A stretch of 16,114 bases of DNA, from assembly GCA_963977445.1 (NCBI GenBank), contig CAXBPH010000155.1:1-16114 (forward strand), given 5' to 3'. This stretch comes from an uncultured bacterium. Its GTDB lineage: Bacteria > Hydrogenedentota > Hydrogenedentia > Hydrogenedentales > JAEUWI01. Below, piece after piece: positions 1 to 7,065 of the stretch (positions within the stretch are counted from its first letter, which is position 1; every line of letters starts with the position of its first letter). Under the pieces are notes generated by a model. That model had not been told where the DNA came from, searched no databases, and saw nothing but the letters and a program-made list of their open reading frames with translations. The translations under genes and the position numbers were made by a program.

Positions 1-1
1 C

Positions 2-121
2 GAGATCTGTATTGCACACACCCGCGACGAGTACCTTGATCAGTGCCTCACCTGCAGCTGGTTCCGGTTTGGGCACTTCGGTCACCCGAAGTACACCGTC
101 CGATAAGACCAATGCCCGCAT
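2..121 (-). CDS. Zinc-dependent alcohol dehydrogenase (MDR superfamily), N-terminal part; runs off the window edge
   Basis: Not in the ORF track. Manual translation from ATG at 121 gives MRALVLSDGVLRVTEVPKPEPAAGEALIKVLVAGVCNTDL, the ADH_N start with the catalytic-Zn cysteine motif GxCxTD. SD-like GAGGAG lies just upstream. Confidence 0.92.
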   Translation of the reverse strand, partial: MRALVLSDGVLRVTEVPKPEPAAGEALIKVLVAGVCNTDL

Positions 122-190
122 TTGTTCCACTCCTCAGGGGTATACGCGTCTGGAAAATCCGGCACGCGCATTCGCACCGGATGTCGGCAC

Positions 191-220
191 AAAATAGCAC
201 CCTTGCCGGGTCGCGGTCAA
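191..220 (-). promoter_or_regulatory. Putative sigma70 promoter for the alcohol dehydrogenase
   Basis: Minus strand TTGACC-N18-TATTTT with an extended -10 TGn, about 70 nt upstream of the ATG. Confidence 0.5.
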
Positions 221-263
221 CGCAGGTCGACGATAAGGGCTCACAAGCGGTCGAATTGTCTAC

Positions 264-893
264 TCAAGGCTCCCAGATACCATAGACGCCCGAGGCCGTT
301 CTCAGGACAAGTCCCTTGTCTGCCAGGGCCGGTGTGGCCATACCCATATCGTCGTCACCGAGGCTATTGGTCGCCACCAGTTCGAAGGTGTCCCCTGCCT
401 TCAGGACAAAGGTGGTTCCATCCTCATTGAGGCAGAATATACGCCCGTCACTCGCCCAGGGCGACGCGGTAAACCCCGCACCTTTGGGCAACCGTTCCTT
501 CTCGTAGATGGGCGTGCCGTCGGAGGCTCGATAGCAACTGACTTGTCCTCGGTCGTAAAGCACATAAAGTCGCCCGTCATAGAGCAAGGTTGATGGGTTG
601 TAGGGCGCGGCCATGGGCTGGCTCCAGGCGACGAATTCGTTCTTGTCTTCGCCTTCGGCGAGGGAAATGTCGCCCGTGGCACCTGCACGCACGGCATAAA
701 TGGGTCGGTGCTTACGATCTCCCACATAACCCGAGCTGAAATAGAGCCTGTCCCCCTCCGCATAGGGCGTGGCAATGGTAATCGATGACATACCTTCGAG
801 GGACCACAATTGTTTTCCCGAAAGGTCGTAGGAACGGACCGCACCCGAGCCCAGGGCTACTATCTCTTCACGGGTTGGAAGGGAGTCGCCCAA
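264..893 (-). CDS. C-terminal fragment of the PQQ-like beta-propeller protein (probably no independent start)
   Basis: 209-aa frame with PQQ-like repeats and the family C-terminus. Its TTG start lies inside the upstream fragment. Confidence 0.5.
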   Translation of the reverse strand: MGDSLPTREEIVALGSGAVRSYDLSGKQLWSLEGMSSITIATPYAEGDRLYFSSGYVGDRKHRPIYAVRAGATGDISLAEGEDKNEFVAWSQPMAAPYNPSTLLYDGRLYVLYDRGQVSCYRASDGTPIYEKERLPKGAGFTASPWASDGRIFCLNEDGTTFVLKAGDTFELVATNSLGDDDMGMATPALADKGLVLRTASGVYGIWEP

Positions 894-1603
894 TTGCTGG
901 CCTCATCCCGTTCCACCCGCCAGACTTCGTCACCATTGGTGGCGTCCAGGGAAAGAAGATAGGAAGTCTCTTCATTGTCATTCACGATATAGAGTCGGTC
1001 TTTGTAGAGGGTTGGTGAGGCAGCCGTACCCCATCCGTAGCGCATCTTCCGGGGCTCCATGCGCTTTTCCCAGCGGGGTGTTCCATCCACGTCAAAACAG
1101 AAGACACCAAGGGCACCAAAATATACATAGACCCGTTCGCCATCGGTGACCGGCGTTTCCGAAGCGTAGCTGTTCTTCACGTGGACGGGTGCCAGGGGCT
1201 TTCCCGCATGGACCTCACGCTTCCAGCGAATCTCACCGGTGGCCAGGTCGAGGCCGTAGACAAACCATTGGTGATCCGATTCCGACGGCTCTGGGCGTTC
1301 TCCGCCGAAGTAGAGCCCTTTTTTGGGTGCTTCCACCTCGCCACCGGAAACCACCGACGTCAGGAAGACCATTCCGTTGGAAATTACAGGAGAGGACCAT
1401 CCCCGGCCTGGAAGGGGCGTTTTCCATGCGATATTTTCCGTGGCCGACCAGTTTGTCGGCACGGAAGAATCATCACGGACGCCCCGCGAACCCGGTCCTC
1501 TGAACTCGGGCCACGTGGCCGCAAAAACAAAGGTTGGCATCATAAAACAGAGGGCAAAAAATGCCATGGCGGATATTGGCTTCAAAACACGTGATTCAGG
1601 CAT
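860..1603 (-). CDS. N-terminal fragment of the PQQ-like beta-propeller protein
   Basis: 247 aa with a signal peptide and PQQ-like repeats. Homology stops at SNWATPF and the frame ends QPVKR-stop. Confidence 0.6.
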   Translation of the reverse strand: MPESRVLKPISAMAFFALCFMMPTFVFAATWPEFRGPGSRGVRDDSSVPTNWSATENIAWKTPLPGRGWSSPVISNGMVFLTSVVSGGEVEAPKKGLYFGGERPEPSESDHQWFVYGLDLATGEIRWKREVHAGKPLAPVHVKNSYASETPVTDGERVYVYFGALGVFCFDVDGTPRWEKRMEPRKMRYGWGTAASPTLYKDRLYIVNDNEETSYLLSLDATNGDEVWRVERDEASNWATPFQPVKR

Positions 1604-1663
1604 GCCTGTATCTCCATCGTAATCCGGGCGACTCAGCGCCCCGTTGCAAAACTCGAACGCGGA

Positions 1664-2470
1664 CTAACGCTCCGCTTTCTGGGATTCCACGTTGCGATAA
1701 TCCTGCCAGATCCGACCATACTCGTTTTCTGGAATGGGGCCACGTGGATTGTGGTCATAGTGATCAACGCCCCGACAATGATAGGTCTTGAAATTCGGAT
1801 TTACCGCCAGATCACATTTAACATTGGTTTTTGAATAGCGTATCGTAAACCCGACCCGGGGGCGATCGGAGTTGTTTCCGAGGGAACCGTGGATTATCTT
1901 ATCGTCGTGCAGCGAAATCTCGCCCGCCTTCAAGTTCAAAAAGACCGCCGTATCATCTTTGTATTCTGCCGTGTCGCATCGCAAGGTCAATACAGAGTTT
2001 TCATCGGCATCCGACGTGTGCTGAATGATTCCCCCTTTGTGGGACTCTGGAATAACGCGCATGGCACCATTGCCTTCGTCACTATCGCTGAAAGCAAGCC
2101 ACACGGTGCACGAGTCCGGGGGCGTGAGGGGCCAGTAGTAGGAATCCTGATGCCAATCCACCGTTTCGGGACTGTGGGGGTCTTTAATGAAGAAGCTACT
2201 GGCCCACATGTAGAAGTCGGGCCCAATGAGGTCTTCCACATAATCCAGGATTTGTGGGTGCATGCAGATGTCGAAGAGGAAGGTACTGTTCTGGTGCCAC
2301 TCTCGAATTTCGAGGGGGCGTTCTCCCGGTTCCAGCAGGGCCAGTATCTCTTTGATGCCTGTGTTGAGATGGGCCACGCCCGAGGCCTCATAAATTGCGG
2401 GCAAATCTTTCAGATAGCCATTTTCTTTATAGAACGTTTGTTGCTCTTCACTTAACCGATGTCCCGACAT
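1664..2470 (-). CDS. Phytanoyl-CoA dioxygenase (PhyH) family Fe(II)/2-oxoglutarate dioxygenase
   Basis: LSEEQQTFYKENGY start, FFIKDP, WHQD (HxD), CTVWLAF, NGAMRVIPESH, LKAGEISLHD, IIHGS..N.SDRPR. ATG 2470 (AAGGA upstream) is preferred over TTG 2536, which overlaps a predicted -35. Confidence 0.92.
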   Translation of the reverse strand: MSGHRLSEEQQTFYKENGYLKDLPAIYEASGVAHLNTGIKEILALLEPGERPLEIREWHQNSTFLFDICMHPQILDYVEDLIGPDFYMWASSFFIKDPHSPETVDWHQDSYYWPLTPPDSCTVWLAFSDSDEGNGAMRVIPESHKGGIIQHTSDADENSVLTLRCDTAEYKDDTAVFLNLKAGEISLHDDKIIHGSLGNNSDRPRVGFTIRYSKTNVKCDLAVNPNFKTYHCRGVDHYDHNPRGPIPENEYGRIWQDYRNVESQKAER

Positions 2471-2506
2471 GTATTGCGTTCCTTTTCCCGTGTATACGAT
2501 GTGGAC

Positions 2507-2536
2507 AGCATAAGCGCCGGGAGCCCGGGAGCGCAA
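2507..2536 (-). promoter_or_regulatory. Putative sigma70 promoter for the PhyH-family gene
   Basis: Minus strand TTGCGC-N18-TATGCT in the gap between the TPR gene stop and ATG 2470. Confidence 0.4.
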
Positions 2537-2539
2537 ACA

Positions 2540-4030
2540 CTACTGTTCCACCGCTGGTTGGCCGGTTGGGTCAAGAAACGCCGCTTGGCCACATTCCCGC
2601 ACAATCCGATCCAGCCAATGAAGGTCTTCGCCACTCGCGCCAAGCTGAATCGATTTCTCTACCATTTCAACGGCTTCGGGACAATTACCCGATTCATAGG
2701 CAAGACGGGCCATACCTGCCCAGGGAAGATAGTGTTCCGACTCGCAGGTGGTGGCATATTCGAGCATCTGTCGGGCTTCCTCCAGCTTGCCTTCTTCCAA
2801 CAATGCCAAGCCATAGGCGTAATTTGTGTAGTAGTGATTGGGTGCCATTTCCAGGGCGTTCATCAATTGCTCGCTCTGAAAGGGCTGCGGCTGGTCCAAG
2901 GCAATTTTCACCAGGGTCGTGGCACGACAATCATTAAATTCCAACAGATCCTCAAAGGAGGAATTTTTGTGAAACCGGTCGCCAACCAATGCAAAATACT
3001 CGGCGGCACGCTCATAGTCCCTACTTTTATAGGCGTAGTACGCTACGTTGCACAGCAGCATCAGATCACCGGGATTCTCTTCCAATTGTGCAAGATAGGG
3101 TTCCACATAGCTGCGCTTCGTGTCTGATGCGTTTGCAATCGCACGCTCTTTCTTGCCTTTCTCCGCGAGTAGTCTCACCCCGTAGCGGTGGATAACCCCC
3201 AGAAGGGGGAACCTGCTCTTTGCCGACTCGGACTCACTGACGACTCCCTCTACGTCTTCCCAGTAACCACCTACCGAGGGCAACAGTGCGTGTAAGCGGT
3301 TGTAGCGGGCAACGAGATTTGTGGGATCAATCTCGATGGTCTTGGCATAGGCGAGGTCTATTTCAGCCTTCCCCTGCTCCAGCCCCATGGCCACCAGGAT
3401 GAGCGCGGCGGAGGGATTGGGATCGTCTGGATTCATCGCCTGCGCAGCGCGCAGATCCGCTTCCGCCTCCATGAGCAAATCGCGGGCCCTCCCGCGGAAG
3501 GGGTCCCCCATCTCGCCGGGCTGAACGTGCCAGCCATGCTCGATGAGGAAACGACCCCGTATGAACCGCGCCCGATAGGAATCGGGATAGCGCCCAATCC
3601 AGTCATCCAATACTTCCCGCATTTCTTCTGGACTGCGGCCATGTTCAATTTCACACAACATATACATGGTCCGGTAATAATTGTGGAAGTGGAGTGGGTC
3701 GTCCCGCTCTTCATAGAGGGAAGCCAACCAGGTCTCGATAGCTTCAAACTCCCGAAGTGCATAGAGTTGTTCCCGGTGGTCGCCCAGCAATGATTCCACG
3801 GTGTAGCGGGTATAGAGCCCCTGAGATTGGGCCAACGCATCCCGTTCTCTGGCACGATCCGCATCGATCCGTTTGTATTCCTCGCTCTGGTAGGAAGCAT
3901 CCGATCGACTTGTCAGGGGTACGCGACGCCCCAGTTCCCACAACATCATGCCAATGCCACCCACAAGCATAATTGCACACAGACTGCCCAGAACACAGAC
4001 CGCTACCGCATAGGCCGGACTGATTTTCAT
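2540..4030 (-). CDS. Membrane-anchored DUF4034-like domain plus tetratricopeptide repeat protein
   Basis: N-terminal hydrophobic helix. LDDWIGRYPDSY...GW...AEADLRAAQAMNPDDP...IDPTN...LLPSVGG resembles DUF4034. C-terminal TPRs (ALEMAPNHYYTNYAYGLALLEEGKLEEA). SD GGGAG. Confidence 0.78.
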   Translation of the reverse strand: MKISPAYAVAVCVLGSLCAIMLVGGIGMMLWELGRRVPLTSRSDASYQSEEYKRIDADRARERDALAQSQGLYTRYTVESLLGDHREQLYALREFEAIETWLASLYEERDDPLHFHNYYRTMYMLCEIEHGRSPEEMREVLDDWIGRYPDSYRARFIRGRFLIEHGWHVQPGEMGDPFRGRARDLLMEAEADLRAAQAMNPDDPNPSAALILVAMGLEQGKAEIDLAYAKTIEIDPTNLVARYNRLHALLPSVGGYWEDVEGVVSESESAKSRFPLLGVIHRYGVRLLAEKGKKERAIANASDTKRSYVEPYLAQLEENPGDLMLLCNVAYYAYKSRDYERAAEYFALVGDRFHKNSSFEDLLEFNDCRATTLVKIALDQPQPFQSEQLMNALEMAPNHYYTNYAYGLALLEEGKLEEARQMLEYATTCESEHYLPWAGMARLAYESGNCPEAVEMVEKSIQLGASGEDLHWLDRIVRECGQAAFLDPTGQPAVEQ

Positions 4031-4153
4031 CCCGTAACTCCCGCTATTATTTGTCCCCAGTCACGCCACATAGATACCACACGACATTCGTGTCAGCTAA
4101 TATTAACACAACATTAACGCTGCCGTCTGCTCACGCCGGGCCTACCGTGATGT

Positions 4154-4183
4154 TTGTAACCCCCTCAAATCAACCGCTATAGT
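4154..4183 (+). promoter_or_regulatory. Putative sigma70 promoter for the 4245 gene
   Basis: TTGTAA-N18-TATAGT in the divergent intergenic region. Confidence 0.45.
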
Positions 4184-4244
4184 ACGCGTGGTGTTCGGGG
4201 ATTTGTTACGCAATCGTTCTTTGTCATCGCACAGGAGTCATGTC

Positions 4245-6614
4245 ATGCGCTCAATTTCTATTTTTCTTCGAGTTCTGGTGCCCGCACTTCTCCTTCAGGG
4301 AGCGGTTGCCGAGCTCCAGCAAAGCCCGAACCATCTGAAAGTGACGTCGTACCCTCAGGAAATGCGGACCGCCTATTCCGTTGAGGAGGGTCTCCCGTCC
4401 GACGACGTCCGCGCCCTTGCCCTTGCCCTTGCTCCCTCGGGAGAGCTGTACGCGGGTACATCCGCTGGACTTGGCTTGTTTGCTGATGGACATTGGACGG
4501 CCCTGGCAGATGCCCCCAAAGATATCAACCAACTCTGTTTTTCCGATTCGACACTGTTCCTAATCGCCGGTACGACGGTCTACCAACTCCGTGATGGGGC
4601 CTTTACGCTCTTTGCTTCCGGACTGCCCTCTCCGCCTACCGCCTTGGTTGTTAACAAACCAGCACCAAATGTCGTATTACTCGCTGCCACGAAGGACGGA
4701 CTCTTCACTATTCAATCTGGTGAAGTGACACCCCTGCCGGTATTCGACGACACCCTGATGGAGATTCAGGAAATTACCGACGTGGTTGTTTCAGCAACCG
4801 GTGAAATCACCGTTGCCACACCCAAGGGCCTCCGGCACCTGGCCTCTGGCGAAACCGGCAGCATGGAATGGCGTACCCTCCTGCCCGCTAAGGCCAACGT
4901 AGGCTGGAACATGGTTCAGGCACAGGCCCTTGGGCTCACCCCCGATGGCGGACTTATCGCCGGTGCTCCACAGGGCCTTGCTCGCGAAGCTGCAGACAAT
5001 GAATGGGAGCTCTATACGGGGCATGACGGCCTACCCTACAATGACTTTACCTGTATTGCCCAAGGTGACCGGTTGTGGCTGGGCACCCGAAAGGGCCTCA
5101 TCCACTATGACGGAACACACTGGGCGTACCGTGCCGGTAAACGCTGGTTGCCCGACAACGATGTCCGTGACATTGTCCTGAGCGATGATGGTGCCTGGGT
5201 CGCAACGGCAGGTGGTGTGAGCCATATTTATTTTAAAGCGATGACCTTCGCCGAAAAGGCTGCCTTCTACGAGTCGGAAATCGACCAATACCACCGCCGA
5301 ACTCCCTATGGTTATGTGGCGGGTGTGAGTCTCGCGCAGCCCAACGATAAGTCGGTTTGGGAGCAACACGACACGGACAATGACGGCCAATACACGGGAC
5401 TCTATGGTGCGGCGGAATGCCTGGCCTACGGCGCGACGGGCGACCCGGCGGCCAAAGACCGGGCCACACGGGCCTTCGAGGCGCTCGCCTTCCTCAGTGA
5501 AGTGACCCAATCCGGTGCCCACCCTGCACCGCCGGGATTCATCGCCCGCACCATCCGCCCGACGAGCGGCCCCAATCCCAACGACCACGATACCGCAGAG
5601 CGGGACCGCAATAAGCAGCAGGGCGATGCCCTGTGGAAGGTCATGGATCCACGATGGCCCACCAGCGGTGACGAAAACTGGTTTTGGAAAACAGACGCGA
5701 GTTCCGACGAGCTGGACGGTCACTTTTTACTCTATGGACTTTACTATGACCATGTGGCCGAGAGCGACGCGGAGAAAGCGCGGGCACGAGAAGTTACCGC
5801 ACGGGTAATGGACCATTTGATCGCCCATAATTTCCGTCTGGTCGATTACGATGGTGAACCGACCCGTTGGGCCAATTTCAGTCCCGAATCACTCAATGGC
5901 GATCCCGACTGGTGGGCCGAACGGGGCCTGAATTCTCTGAGTCTCCTCACCTATCTCAATGTTACTTGGCATGTCACTGGGGAGCAAAAGTACCGGGACG
6001 TGTTCATGGATCTGGTGGAAAACCATCAATATGCCCTCAATGGAATGGTTGCCCCCAAACTTCAGGCTGGCCCGGGTTCTTACGTGCAGTTTGACGACAA
6101 GATGTCCTTCATGAATTACTACAGCCTGTTGCGCTATGAAAAAGACCCGCAGGTGCTTCGCATGTTCCAGAACTCCATCTTCTATTACTGGCAGATTGTG
6201 CGCCAGGAGCGGAACCCCTTCTTTAATTTTGTCTATGCTGCCTTGTGCGAGGGTAAAGGCATGAAGACCCAATGGGGTGTCACTGATCTCTCCCCCACCC
6301 ATGAATGGCTGGCCGACAGCGTGGATACCCTGAAGCGCTTCCCCATGGACCTTGTCATGTGGCCAATGACGAACAGTCACCGCATCGATCTCATTCCGTT
6401 GGGCACCCATGTGCGCGAGCCCGGCAAGGCCGACGGCACCGGTTACCGCGTGGACGGTTATGTGATTCCCATCGACGAACGCAATGCCCTGTCCTTCAGC
6501 GAAGATACCTGGCGATATGATGATGGCAGCGGTAACGGTATGTGGTTGGATGAGGGCTCGCCGTTCCTGTTAGGCTACTATCTGGGTTTGTACCACGGCT
6601 TTATTGTGGAGTAA
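4245..6614 (+). CDS. Secreted protein: N-terminal regulator-type beta-propeller repeats plus a C-terminal helical ((alpha/alpha)-barrel-like) domain of unknown function
   Basis: ATG 4245 follows SD AGGAG (the track's GTG 4188 is less likely). Signal peptide present. Repeats GLPSDDVRAL, GLPYNDFTCIA..LWLGTRKGL and WLPDNDVRDI..WVATAGGVS. The C-terminal domain has acidic motifs DNDGQYTG and SSDELDGH. Confidence 0.85.
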   Translation: MRSISIFLRVLVPALLLQGAVAELQQSPNHLKVTSYPQEMRTAYSVEEGLPSDDVRALALALAPSGELYAGTSAGLGLFADGHWTALADAPKDINQLCFSDSTLFLIAGTTVYQLRDGAFTLFASGLPSPPTALVVNKPAPNVVLLAATKDGLFTIQSGEVTPLPVFDDTLMEIQEITDVVVSATGEITVATPKGLRHLASGETGSMEWRTLLPAKANVGWNMVQAQALGLTPDGGLIAGAPQGLAREAADNEWELYTGHDGLPYNDFTCIAQGDRLWLGTRKGLIHYDGTHWAYRAGKRWLPDNDVRDIVLSDDGAWVATAGGVSHIYFKAMTFAEKAAFYESEIDQYHRRTPYGYVAGVSLAQPNDKSVWEQHDTDNDGQYTGLYGAAECLAYGATGDPAAKDRATRAFEALAFLSEVTQSGAHPAPPGFIARTIRPTSGPNPNDHDTAERDRNKQQGDALWKVMDPRWPTSGDENWFWKTDASSDELDGHFLLYGLYYDHVAESDAEKARAREVTARVMDHLIAHNFRLVDYDGEPTRWANFSPESLNGDPDWWAERGLNSLSLLTYLNVTWHVTGEQKYRDVFMDLVENHQYALNGMVAPKLQAGPGSYVQFDDKMSFMNYYSLLRYEKDPQVLRMFQNSIFYYWQIVRQERNPFFNFVYAALCEGKGMKTQWGVTDLSPTHEWLADSVDTLKRFPMDLVMWPMTNSHRIDLIPLGTHVREPGKADGTGYRVDGYVIPIDERNALSFSEDTWRYDDGSGNGMWLDEGSPFLLGYYLGLYHGFIVE
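4413..4432 (+). repeat. In-frame hexanucleotide tandem repeat (GCCCTT)3
   Basis: gcccttgcccttgcccttgc encodes ALALALA. Confidence 0.8.
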
Positions 6615-6666
6615 CCCTGTTAATAAAGCCGGTCCGCTAAAGAAAGCTCCGAAAACACCCGATACT

Positions 6667-6675
6667 TGCTACAAT
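6667..6675 (+). promoter_or_regulatory. Extended -10 promoter element for the microprotein gene
   Basis: TGcTACAAT about 55 nt upstream of ATG 6729. Confidence 0.45.
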
Positions 6676-6728
6676 CCCAAATCTGGCCCCGTACAGCCCC
6701 CTTTCAGCAGACACTATCAGGACTTCCC

Positions 6729-6941
6729 ATGAAAAAGAGCAGAACACGACGTCCGAAACCAGCCTATATCTTTGGTGGATTGGAAATACTCGTCCTTCAA
6801 GGCCTCATTGGAGGTATTCTCGGTGCGCTGCTCATTGTGAAAGGATACTGGCGACGGTTTCGGGCGTTTTTTTCTTCCCCTCCAGCGGAAGAGACTGGCC
6901 AAGCGGCAACTGTCGACAAAGAAATGGATTCCCCGGAATAG
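6729..6941 (+). CDS. Small (70 aa) single-pass membrane protein
   Basis: MKKSRTRRPKPAYIFGGLEILVLQGLIGGILGALLIVKGYWRRFRAFFSSPPAEE...: basic N-terminus, Gly-rich TM helix, basic/aromatic amphipathic segment and acidic tail. SD-like AGGA upstream. The track's TTG 6666 overlaps the -10 element. Confidence 0.7.
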   Translation: MKKSRTRRPKPAYIFGGLEILVLQGLIGGILGALLIVKGYWRRFRAFFSSPPAEETGQAATVDKEMDSPE

Positions 6942-6988
6942 TGTTTCGTCCCGGGGCGAATGTGCTCACGAAAGTTAATCGATGACTT

Positions 6989-7039
6989 GGTTCTTTGGAC
7001 ACGAATCCCGGTATCCAGGTTCTTTTGACGCGAATCACG
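6989..7039 (+). repeat. 22-bp imperfect direct repeat, two copies, 29-nt period
   Basis: GGTTCTTTGGACACGAATCCCG (6989-7010) vs GGTTCTTTTGACGCGAATCACG (7018-7039), 19/22 identical. Confidence 0.8.
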
Positions 7040-7050
7040 ACCCAAGGCCG

Positions 7051-7059
7051 TGCTAAAGT
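7051..7059 (+). promoter_or_regulatory. Extended -10 element placed for leaderless transcription of the GT2 gene
   Basis: TGcTAAAGT is followed by 6 nt and then ATG 7066; there is no SD. Confidence 0.5.
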
Positions 7060-7065
7060 ACCGCT

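Larger units (their letters stand above)
264..1603 (-). pseudogene. PQQ-binding-like beta-propeller repeat protein (BamB-like, secreted), split by a frameshift near 870-880
   Basis: ORF 860..1603 has a signal peptide, WPEFRGP, NIAWKTPLPGRGWSSPVI and NSYASETPVTDGERVYVYFG. ORF 264..893 continues the same family in the -1 frame (EIVALGSGAVRSYDLSGKQLW, YNPSTLLYDGRLY, FTASPWASDGRIFCLNEDG, MATPALAD). SD GGAG precedes ATG 1603. Confidence 0.8.

Noticed and set aside
12..430. Plus-strand ORFs 12..197, 43..285 and 122..430
   Set aside because: They are antisense to the clear alcohol dehydrogenase start, its promoter and the propeller gene end.
870..890. Programmed -1 ribosomal frameshift in the propeller gene
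   Set aside because: T CCC TTC is not an X XXY YYZ slippery heptamer, and the shifted product would seem to lack family residues. A deletion or sequence error is simpler.
1664..2470. PhyH-fold protein as a SyrB2-like halogenase
   Set aside because: The facial triad is HQD...H. Halogenases have Ala or Gly in place of the Asp.
4245..6614. Hybrid two-component sensor kinase
   Set aside because: Propeller repeats are present, but there is no TM helix after them and no HisKA, HATPase or receiver motifs.
6989..7039. Mini-CRISPR
   Set aside because: Only two 22-bp copies separated by 7 nt, far too short for a spacer.
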